From assembly GCF_009914755.1 (NCBI RefSeq), contig NC_060930.1: a DNA stretch of 64,000 bases; one strand, written 5' to 3'. Both the position numbers and the translations under genes were made by a program. Shown here piece after piece: positions 29,838 through 64,000 of the stretch (its first letter is position 1; each line of letters begins with the position of its first letter). This DNA comes from the human T2T-CHM13v2.0 reference genome, Homo sapiens. The notes below the pieces were generated by a model, which was not told the origin of the DNA, did no database searches, and was given only the letters and a program-made list of their open reading frames with translations.

Positions 29838-30333
29838 CACTGCTCGCTGCACTCAGCTGGATCTTTTCCACCCAAAGTGCCACTTGCTCCAGTTTGCAGG
29901 GTTCATAGAAACGGCTGCTGAGCTGCAGACCTGGTGATGCTTGGGTCCAGCCGAGCTGCTCTCTCCAAAGCTGGACACTGCTCTGCCGCCCGTGTGGAGA
30001 TGGGGTGTGGATAGCGTGTGTACCACCCCATACTCCCTATCGTCCCACCTGCTCTAGTTTTGGGATCGCACTTCTTCTCTCCATGGGAATTTCAGTTCTC
30101 TATTTTGCTTAGTTGTTCACTGTTTGGTTCCTCCACTAGAACTAGGCTTCTGTGAGAATGGAGACCCCTGGCCCTTTTATCAGTGTGGTACCCCAGTACA
30201 TTAGGAAGGATGCCTGGCCCAGGGTAGACGCTCAATAAATAGTGTGGACGACTGTAGAAGTGGGTGCTGTATCCCAGGCTGCAGAGGGCTCATGGGAAAG
30301 GAAAAGGACCTACGAACTTGGAAAATAAAAAGG

Positions 30334-30412
30334 GTGTGTGTGTGTGTGCATGTGTGTGCATATGTGTGTGTGTGCATGCGTGTGTGCATGCGTGTGTGTG
30401 TGTGTGTGTGCA
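30334..30412. repeat. (TG)n/(TGCA) alternating purine-pyrimidine tract
   Basis: directly visible. Confidence 0.9.
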
Positions 30413-31098
30413 CTGTGCACATGAGTGTGTTCTGAACCAGGACCTACACGATCCCCCTGACTATGAGAGTGGAACAGGCCAGATTCTCCGCACTCGGGCT
30501 CACCTAGCGTTGCCGCCCTGACAGGGAGAGTGGAAGACGGTGATCAATCACAGAGCTGCTGCTCTCCTTCATTCTGGTGCAAAATGAGGGTGCCTTAGCC
30601 CAATCAGATGCTGTTGTTCAGGGACCCTGCAGGCCCTTGACGGTCTTGGCTGGGTGGTCAGGCCACTCACATGTCCCAGGTGGAGACGTGGGCTGAGAGA
30701 AAGACCCAGAATCCCAGGACATCACCAGCAGCTTTAACCACACCGTGGAAGCTGGGAGGATTCACAAATGGTGTGAGGATGGGAGTATTTCCAGCCAGGC
30801 TTGCCACACGATGGGTCTCTGCCCTCTCTGATAAGTAATGGAAATTAGCTAAGGGTCTTGGCTGAGGGCCTGACATAGCCAACTGGCCCCAAAGCTTTTT
30901 CTCTGATTGGCTCTCTGGGTTCTCCTTGGCCGAGGAAGAAGCCAGAGCCCCGAATGCCCGCTCAGCTCAGGAGGTGGCCTGTCTAGCCAGGGGAAGGCGG
31001 AGTGGTCAGCCCCCGCCAAGATTTAAGATGCTTTGGAACATTTGCTAAGAGAAAATACTCTCTCAAGCCATGGTTGTGTTAGCACAAATTGTTCTTCC

Positions 31099-31100
<2 letters not shown>

Positions 31101-31141
<41 letters not shown>
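31101..31141. repeat. (AC)20 microsatellite
   Basis: perfect dinucleotide run. Confidence 0.97.
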
Positions 31142-31142
<1 letters not shown>

Positions 31143-31481
31143 CATGAGTACATTTATTTCCAAAGTGTGAAATTCCCTAAAGTAGCCAAGAACTCATTCT
31201 ACTCCCTATAGATACCTTCTTCATCTTTATGTGGATAAAAAGATGTAAGATACATTTGAGTTTATTTGGTATTGCTTTTATTAACAAAGATTTCAGATGT
31301 AAATGTCAAGAAAATTGATATTAATTTGCTTACATGAGTACATTCCTTAAAAAAGCAAACCATTGGGTAGACTTCCCTTAAATTAATCTTTAGATTCTTG
31401 GCAGGAAGTTTGGTGATTTACAAGGTGATTCTACAGCATGAAGAACGCATGGCGCCTGTGGTGAACTCAGCCGTAGCAAAA

Positions 31482-31500
31482 CGGTGCCATCTAGTGGCTG
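31482..31500 (-). promoter_or_regulatory. CTCF-binding motif
   Basis: minus strand reads CAGCCACTAGATGGCACCG, a close match to the CCACYAGRKGGCR core. Confidence 0.65.
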
Positions 31501-33224
31501 GTGAAGTCTCGGTTTTCCGGAACACGCGTGCTCTGAGCTTTGTATCACCCAGGGCATCTGTCATTTTAACGTCCAATGAGTGACCTGCAGATTCGAGCAG
31601 ATCTACAGAACCACCTCTTTTCTCAAGCTGATAGAGCCCAGATGTTAATTTTAAGGACTGAAGTGGCTATTGACACCTTTTAAATCCTTTACACGTACCC
31701 GTCTTTGGCCTTTGGCAGGTCAGCCCTGGGCCAGGCCATGGCTCCAGTGCACACACAGAGCTCATAACGCCAAAACCAGCTCTGAGAGCCAAGCCAGCTC
31801 TGGGTTTCTAGAGGTTGCACTCTCTTCCCTCAGGCAACTCCATGTCTGCAGGAATGTGTAGGCTGCGGGAAGGCAGCCTCAGGGGTCGGGTAAGATAAGA
31901 GTGTCCCTTTGTTTATGACGAGACCACTGGGGGACCATGTCTAAGACCTGCCCTGGTCACAGGAACACTGAGGGGTGCTGGGAATTATCTCCTCTAAGAG
32001 AAGCATTTTATTCTGCTACAGAGAAAAGGCAGAGAGTGAAATATACTGTTCATTTAAAAAAAATCCCTTTTAACATAGATAAAGGGGAGGAACTGGGAGG
32101 AAAAGAGAGAAAAAGCAGACGTAACTGAAGCCATGGTTTCAGAAATTCAATCCTAGTAGAAGTGCTGGAGGGACAGGGAGGGTGTGGCTGGGAAGGATGG
32201 AAACAGACCAGGTTTATTTGTGCACAAAGGGAAGCTCCTTAGAAGGCATAGGCTGGTGAAGGGGAGGGGAAGAGCAGCCTCTGGAAACAGCCCCCAGAGC
32301 CAGAGAGCGAGTCCTAGAGGATGGGGCTGGTGAGTTGAAGCAACCAAGGGAGAAAGACCAGCAGACAGTGCAATAAAACATCAGGAAGGTCCTCTAATAT
32401 CAAAATACAGGTCATCCGTGGGAACTAATGAGAGGCCAGAACTGAAGTAAACTAAAGTGTTGCCAAAAAATAAAAATAAGGTCCAAGTTGATTGATCGAT
32501 AACACGGTTAGTATGAAGAAGTCCACATTATGCTAATTTCTTTACATATTATTCTAATTTGTATTGTCTCTGAAAGTCAAAATATCATCTTAGTCAATTA
32601 ACATTTATTGGTGATAACATTTATTGGTGAAGTTGAACCATATATGTATCTTGAAGTTAACATTTTTGCTATATATCGGGTGCTGTTCTAGGGGCTTTCA
32701 AAATTATCCAAGTCTTGAACTTTTGCAACCCTCCTTTTTAAAGAGGAAACAGGTTCGGTGACTCAGTGACCCACCTGAGATCACCTAGCTAACAAATTAC
32801 AGGATTAGGGTGTGAACCCGTGGAGCTCATCTGTTTCCATGCTCAGAATCCCTTTGCTAGACTGCGTGGCTCTTATGTCTATGTAAGCATGATAGTCCAT
32901 GTTTAGTTAATATAAAAAGCTATTGTTTTCATAAAACTTTCATTTTCACTGAAATACATTAAGTGACAAGAACTTTACCCCATTTATCATTGGCCCTGAT
33001 CTTCTGATGGTCTGGCAAGCTTCCCTGAGTAGTGTTGCCAGGATGCTAGACTTACCTGCGAGATTTGCCTTATAGATCTAATCTAGACAGAAATGGCTGA
33101 CTTCACAGAACTTTGGAAACAATCTGCAGACATCAAGTTTTACTTATAATTGAATAAAAATAATTTTTCTTGCTTATTAGCTATGACATTTGTGGTAAGT
33201 TGCTTAAAGCTCCAGACTTACCCC

Positions 33225-33386
33225 GTCTAATACAGTTGTCTCTAGCCACATGTGGTTAAATTTTAATTGTAATTAACTAAAAGGAGATGCAGTTGTGAAC
33301 TCATTTTATCAGTTGCACTTGCCACATTTCAGAACTCAATAGTCACATGTGGCGAGTGGCTACCATACTGGACAACACTGCCCCAG
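33225..33386. mobile_element. MER3-like hAT-Charlie MITE
   Basis: CTAGCCACATGTGG..GCCACATTTCA..CTCAATAGTCACATGTGGCGAGTGGCTACCATACTGGACA. Confidence 0.75.
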
Positions 33387-33899
33387 ACCAAAATACCAAA
33401 TCATTTAACTTTTCTGAAGCTGTTTCCTGTCTTATAATGGGTCTAAGATTTCTAATGATCATTAGCATAGCACTATTGTTGGTAACATGAAATAATGCAT
33501 GAAATTCTTTGCATATTGTAAAGTACTATACTCATGTAAGTTGTTTTTTCTTTTAATAATTGCTGTACTGTGTTGTGAAACTGTACAGTCTTTGCAATAC
33601 TAAGACTTTGGCCCCAGGATCTTACAATCACGTTAGCTCTTTTTCAGAAGTTGAACTATGTGTCTTGAAGTTGACATTTATGCTTTGTTCTTTAAGACTG
33701 AAGTCCTCATTCTGCACCACTGACAACTTCTGACAGTTTCTCTTACTGTGGAAGGTTCTATTCTATATACACATAAAAAGTGAAACATATCACTTTACCA
33801 TCTGGACCATGTCTATTAGAATTTAATAGGAAAAAAGCGCAATTAACTAGAAGCTGGTAAGAGTAATGATCTTTTGCCCCATACAAAGTGGACATTGTG

Positions 33900-34000
33900 G
33901 ATCACAGAGAAGGTAAATGAGTAACAGAGCTCCCGTATGCTTCATGGGGTCAGTGATAACCAAGTTCATTAACGAGTGACAGTCTTAATGACTAACACAC
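33900..34000 (+). promoter_or_regulatory. Proximal UNC93A promoter with HNF1-like sites
   Basis: GTAAATGAGTAAC (33913-33925) and CTTAATGACTAAC (33984-33996) each have 2 mismatches to GTTAATNATTAAC; half-site TTCATTAAC near 33965-33973. Confidence 0.55.
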
Positions 34001-34142
34001 CTCTAACATTTCACCTCTAGCTCAGATGAGAGAGAGAATGGGACTTCTTGGTACTGATTGTTTTTCCCATGCCTCAATTGGTTTCTTTTAGGGAGCTACA
34101 AATTTACGTGTTCACTGGTGATTGATCTTTTCATCCAGCACA

Positions 34143-58087
<23,945 letters not shown>

Positions 58088-58626
58088 GAGCAGTGAGGTC
58101 CGAGGAGGATGAACTCAGAAAGCACCAGCCAGAGAATTTTCTTAGAAGATGCCTCAGGACATAGAGCGGCTCCTCATCACCATCTCAGCACAATTTGGCC
58201 ATTCTGAAGAGATCATGTTATTTCACTCTTTATGTATTTTTTTTCTATTCTAACAAATTTTTCGTCCACCATCTTAACAGAGATCAAGTGTATACATGAA
58301 GGTATCAGTTCATTTAATTTTAGATGCAAAAGAAAAAGGTCTAACGTACAATCAGCCAATTAGAATTTGCCTGAAATCATAGACTCACCCTAGTTTTATT
58401 GCTGTAGTTGTTTTTAAGAATTGGAAGCCTGCTTAAAAAATGTAGTTGAGCCCCATAATTTTACAAATGGGCGAACTTTTAAACTTCTAACTCTACTTGG
58501 ATCAAAACCTCATACATTTTACAAAGGGGTCCTGACAAGTCAGCTGACTCAACCTCACAGAGTCAGGGGGTGACAAAGCCAGACTGGGGCTCAGGATTCC
58601 TGAAACGTGTGGGGTCTGCGTTTCTA

Positions 58627-58632
58627 AATAAA
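58627..58632 (+). terminator. UNC93A: UNC93A polyadenylation signal (AATAAA)
   Basis: AATAAA about 540 nt after the stop codon, following an AU-rich 3' UTR. Confidence 0.75.
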
Positions 58633-58949
58633 GACGGTTATTTAATGGACTTACCTCCTGCCCAAGTACTGTTGTGCTAAGTACTCACATAGACACACAC
58701 ACACGCTTCATCACATCAGTGCTTTAGTGTGCTGTGGCCTTCGCAGACCTTCGAGAGCATTTCAGGTGAAGATGCTACATGTGTCTGTTAACATGGAAAA
58801 TGGTGCCGGGCACGGGTTGGGTGATATTTGCCCATCTCACAGTCATCGTCTTGTCCCTTGGCACCTGGTCTCCTCTCTCCCTTGTTCTTCCTAGCAGCAC
58901 TGCCGCCTGCCCATCTCCAAGGCTTCTTCCTTGTCCACTGCACTCAGGT

Positions 58950-59350
58950 CCCCAGGCCCTCCCCAGCCCTCCCCCATTACTAGCACCACCTTGCCCAGCC
59001 CCTTCCCGCCTCCCGCTCATCCTCTCCCACAACCCACCCTCCCCGGCCCTACCCCTGCCCCCCCCACCCCTCCCCAGACCCCTTCCTGGCCCCTTTCCTA
59101 CCCTCCTTGGCACCCCCCCACCCTTCCCCCACTCCCGTGCCCTCCCCACCCCCGCCAACCGCCTTCCCTGCCCCCCCCCCACCACCCTCGCTTCCTGGAC
59201 CTGCCCCGCCCACCCTGGACCCCCCCCCCACCCCCTCACTCCTGGGACCTCCCTGGCCTGTGGGCCTGGAGCTTGGGATCTCTTTTGTCCTTTAACCCTA
59301 AGCTGCTTCCTTCCCCTTCCCTTCCTCTTCCTCCCCCTCCCCTTCCCCTT
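58950..59350. repeat. Highly C-rich low-complexity tract (G-rich on minus strand)
   Basis: dozens of C-runs of 3 or more. Confidence 0.9.
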
Positions 59351-59918
59351 TGGTTCACACTGAGGCTTCTTCTAGACCTTATGTGTCCTGTCTGTGGCTC
59401 TCCCGCTGCATGTTGTTCGTTTATTGTTTCTACGAGCATCTCCTCCTCCTGGAAATTCAGCTTTCCAGTGTCTAGTACACAGCACTAGCAGGTGCTTCAT
59501 ATGTGCAGAAGGAAATGGGCCTCTCTGTGAAATTCCAAATACTTCCTTCACTCACCCTCATTCATTAGGATGCTGGCTGCCTCTGGCCATGGGAGGGGGA
59601 GCAAATGCCTCCTGGCCCTGGCCCTTTCTCCTTCTAGTCAGTGTCAGCCAGGTGCCCAGACGGGCGATGATCAAAGGCAGAGAAAAGTGCAGCTGCCACG
59701 AGCTAATGCTTCCTGGCCTCTCAAATGTTACCTCTCAAGCTTCCCCACGACGAGCTGGGCATTTTCTCCCAACTGTTAGAATTCCCCTGATAGCCCAGTG
59801 TCTCTGACCACCAGCAGCCTTCTTCTTGTTACCCAGGCTCATGTGCCCTTTATGTGCCACTCTGTCCCTGGCCTGGCTGATCAGGGAGGAGGCCCTGCCA
59901 TTCCTCCCCCAGGCTGCC

Positions 59919-59976
59919 GATCCTCTGCCTCCATTCCATTCCCTGTCGATCCTCTGCCTCCATTCCATTCCCTGTC
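59919..59976. repeat. 29-bp perfect tandem duplication
   Basis: GATCCTCTGCCTCCATTCCATTCCCTGTC x2. Confidence 0.9.
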
Positions 59977-61089
59977 GGCTGCTTCCTGGTTCATTGTCCT
60001 CCCTGCAGGGCTCCTCTTATCCTCCATCCGGGCTATTGAGAGAGGGATTTCACTAAACACAGGACACTTCACCTCCAGCGCCCATCTAAAGAGCACAGTC
60101 TTACCCACTGGCCGGGACAGTCCAGGCCTCCGTGAGTTAATCCCAGCTGCCTCTCTAGCCTTCCGTCCGTTTCACCAGACTTCTCTGTCCAATGCTTCTG
60201 TTAAATACCGAGGTCCTTCCCTTATGGGCCCTTCGCTCATGCTGTCCCTGTGTCTCTATCCAAACCACGTTTATCCTCCCAGACCCAGTGGAATGCCGTT
60301 AACTCTTTGCAGGCTTCAACCATCTTCCTAAAGCTGGGCCTCTGCACTCTCTAATCCCTGCCCTGCTTTGTCCTCCCCTTTCCTGCCTTGCACCACGGGC
60401 TGCCTGGTGCCATCCCTGTCTGTGGGATCCATGGCCGTCTTGCCCAGCGCCATGCCTGTTTGTGGGATCCATGATGGTCTTTGCAGCTCCCACAACAGGG
60501 TCATGTCAAAAGGAGTCAAGACTGGCTAGGGTATTTGTGTAGAGGGCGTTCATCGAGGGTAAGGTGACATGTCATGTCCCCTCCATTTGGAGGTTTAGGA
60601 TTTTGTGAATTGATGATGGGCACTCCTGGTGCTCCTCAGGATAAGTCTTATTTGGAACTGGTCTTTGGTTTCTCAGTCTGCTCAGAGCATTTTGAACCCT
60701 GTAGACCCTAAGTCAGTAGGAACTCCTTAGACCTTCGGGGGTAGTGAGGCCTTTGCAGAATGTCTTGGAGACAATGAACTAGGCCTGCTCATGAGGTGTG
60801 GGGGGCACTAAGGAGTGAGCCCTGGGCCTAAGGCTGGAGGGGAGGACCCAGAGGTGAGAGGAGTTGGGGAGTGCATGTGCATTTGTCCAAACCAGTGTGC
60901 ATCTGCGTGGCTCCAGCCGGCCGTTCAGAAGTGAGGTGGAGCAGGGCAGCCTCTCCAAGTGCTCCTGGGACAGAGAGCTTGCTAGTTTAGAAGAGTCCAG
61001 TTGGGGTTGCAGGATCATCAGAATTCTGCTCAGAGACTGAGCCATGATCGTGTTCTGCTGATGTTGATGCTTACAGGAAAGTGCCAGAC

Positions 61090-61290
61090 TCTGTGTGACA
61101 GGAGCCTGAGCCTCCTCTGAGTCACTGGAGGGGTTCAATTGAGCTCAACGGAGGATCTGTGTGACAGGAGCCTGAGCCTCCTCTGAGTCACTGGAGGGGT
61201 TCAATCGAGTTCAACGGAGGGTCTGTGTGACAGGAGCCCGAGCCTCCTCCGAGTCACTGGGGGGGTTCCGTTGAGCTTGACGGAAGGTCT
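61090..61290. repeat. 66-bp tandem repeat, 3 copies
   Basis: units start at 61090, 61156 and 61222 (TCTGTGTGACAGGAGCC..GAGTCACTGG..). Confidence 0.95.
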
Positions 61291-64000
61291 GGTTGTTGGG
61301 TGTCCATGTGGAGCGGCCAGCTGGACCTATGAAGATGCCCTCAACACACAGCATTTCCCACTGCTATGCACCTGACCAGCGGCTTGTCTGGACAGCCAGG
61401 CTCTCCCTGAAGGTGGCCGGTGGCATTGGGGACTTTTCTGATTTCTTCATCCTTTGCATTTTGGAACTGAAGCATTTGTGGCTGCGCCCAAGTGCCCTGG
61501 TGAGAGCCTAGAGAAAGAGCAAACCAGATTCTAATCTCTTCCTGGTCCCGGGGGGAGGGTGTGTGGCTGGGTCCCTGGGTCGTATCGGTATTGCCAGCCC
61601 AGCACGTGCTTAGCGGGAAAGTTGAACAGTAACCGGACTTCAAAGCAAATTTTTGGTTTTTCGGGTCTCCAGATAGCATTTATTTCAATCAGATCATCTA
61701 CGCACTACAGAAAAAATAGTTTCTCTCTCTGGTTTTCGCATGACTGCTGGTGCGTCCAGGTCACTTTGATCACAAAACCTTTCTAACCAGTTTCCTGGTT
61801 AAGGGTCCAATTTATGAAACTCTTAATAGGAGCCTCACTTTCCATTGTGTCAAAGCAAATTAGTTAAACTCACTCTTTTTTAGTATTCAGTGTGTAAACT
61901 GGGAATATTCCTACTTCACAAAGAAAAATTAAAAGAGTGTGTATCATAAAATGCTATCAAGAGCTATACAATGGAACAATAAGAACAGCCATCCCCTAGA
62001 CCAAGCTTAAAATGCAGTGCTTTTCTGTCAATCCCTGAACTGCAGTGCGCTCTTCTAAGCTTTCATAACATTTCATTCATCAGTCTTAAGTTTCCATGGC
62101 CCAACTCCCAGGACTCAGAGGCAAATGTGCCCTGTTTTTACTTGATCAGAGATTTGATGAAGGCAAGATTTTTAAAAAATATAATGTATGCCACAATATA
62201 TTATACAAAATTTTCTAAAATCTAAAGATCTATCTATAAGAAAGCCCTTAAATATAGAAATTAAAACGTTAAGAGCATATAATGAAGAGACAGGGAGGGT
62301 GCCGCTGACCCAGATCTGTTGCCCATCTGCAGTTACTATTGCATTCTAAGATTAGCCCTGAGCTTGCTGGCAGCCACGGCAGAAAAATAAATGCAAATTA
62401 TAAAATAGTCAGTTTTGATGAAAAGAGGCCTGCCAGCATCAAGAAAGAGATTCGTTTTCTAGGTCCCAAAATGTAAGGGGATTTTCATGTGGGTCCCCGG
62501 CCAAAAAACATGGAGCGAGTGTAGTGGACACTCTTCTCTGATGGGTTGTTACGGCTGTTTGGTGACTGTGATCTTTGCTAACTGCAGTGATCTCATTGGA
62601 ACGTGATTCTCTGAACGTGTGTGAGCAAGGTCTGCTAATGAGACCAGGAGTGTGCACCCTCCTGAGATGAGGGCCGTCCACGCCTGGGCTTGGGGCCTCT
62701 GTATCACCCGCCTAGCCTGGGTCTGTTTAGTCAGTGACTCATCGCTACCTCACCCCAGTGAAAGCCGTGATGCCGAGATAGCTAACCCGCAGGAGAGCTC
62801 CAAAGCACTGAGGTGTCTGGCCTTTGTCAAGGTACTTGAGTCTGTTCCAGCTTCACAGCCAAATAACAAACAGACATTACTTCTTTTTCCTAAGTTCATT
62901 TCCAGGCCCAAGTCAAAGCTGCCTGAGTCCCCGGGGCCCCACTCCAGTCCCTCTGGAATGTTCTCTCAGAAGTTCCCAGCCCACCTTCTCCTAGCGTCCC
63001 GAGGACAGATCACGCCAGCTGAAAGAAGATCTGAGTCTGGGGAAGGAATCAGGAAACTTGTCTTCCTTCCTCCTTCCCCTTTTCTTCCCATGGGGTCAGC
63101 ACCCTGGAAGGGGTAGGAAATCCAGAAGGAAGCACGTGTGTGGCGGGAATCATTCTTGAGAGAGCTGCGGGTGCCACGGGGCCAGCCACGCTCCTTCCCC
63201 CGAGACCGCCTGCCCAGGCCCCTGCTCGGCCAGACCCGCACACAAAGGAGCAGCGGCCGGAGACGTGGTGCCCTGGTGGACAGGGGCTGTACCGTGGCCT
63301 CAAGGAACGTGCATGGGCAGAGAACAGTCTCCTGTGGTGAAAGACAGATGCCGCCGTGGGTTTCCCCTGGTGACTATAAAGCCTCCATCCTACCCACGTT
63401 GCAAATGTCCCACTCTGCTCCCTCCTGTGCCTGACTCACTATCCCTGTCTGGAGAGCATCTGTCCGACTCCCAACGCGACACGCCCTCCCTCAGTCCCTG
63501 ACTCCCTCCCTTCCCTTAGTCATTCTGTTTGCAAAAATAAGACAAAACAAAAATCTACACAGGCGTTCGACCAGACCGCTTTGGAAGGTAAAGTCTCACA
63601 CCGGGAACGCAAAGCAAGTTATTTATCTCCCATGACGCCTCCGTCTGCCTGTCCTGATGCGTGTGGGCAATAGGAAGCCTCCTTCCTTAGGGAATAGTTC
63701 TTTCCTGCCCATTGCTGGCAGGGCAGGCTTTGCTTCATCTCCAGCCATGGCCTAAAAGGGCACCAATGACAGGGTGGGCCTTTGAAAATATGGCCCTGAA
63801 ACCCAGAGGGTTTACCTGTTCAACTTGGAAGTGTGCCCATGAGCACCCGTGTGTGTGTGTGCACATCCGATGAGCTGCACAGTCCACACACTCAGCTCCG
63901 AGGAGAGCACAGCGGCCTTGAAGAGAAGCAGATTCGGGAACCTCACATTCAATACTGAGCCATGGATCTCACTCGGCCTCCAAGTACAGGAGAAAGCCCC

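Noticed and set aside
58775-59488. Pro-rich and Gly-rich ORFs
   Set aside because: Artefacts of C-rich low complexity; no splice or start-site support.
62400-64000. Possible start of the neighbouring gene
   Set aside because: Moderate CpG content, but no recognisable coding exon or convincing ORF in the window.

Overview
Primate (almost certainly human, chr6q27) genomic DNA, not prokaryotic. It holds one complete protein-coding gene, UNC93A (MFS-like membrane protein), on the + strand. Eight coding exons between 34143 and 58087 all have GT-AG boundaries and join to 1374 nt (457 aa + stop); the poly(A) signal is at 58627-58632. The upstream 34 kb is non-coding and repeat-rich: a full-length decayed L1PA8-like element with a nested Alu, several Alus, a MER45B transposon, an MLT1 LTR, and four antisense ERV1 solo LTRs. 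Most ORFs in the supplied track are chance or repeat-derived. I found no new multi-gene system. The best leads are regulatory: (1) a candidate distal first exon at ~14.1 kb behind a duplicated 155-bp promoter-like module, splicing to an acceptor 51 nt before the ATG; (2) uORFs that end at one shared stop codon in both 5' isoforms; (3) HNF1-like and CTCF sites near the proximal promoter; (4) a skippable exon 4 preceded by a 32-bp palindrome; (5) competing or poison splice sites; (6) two unusual intronic VNTRs; (7) a sense-oriented LTR just before the last exon. Repeat subfamily names come from recognition of consensus motifs and need RepeatMasker confirmation.
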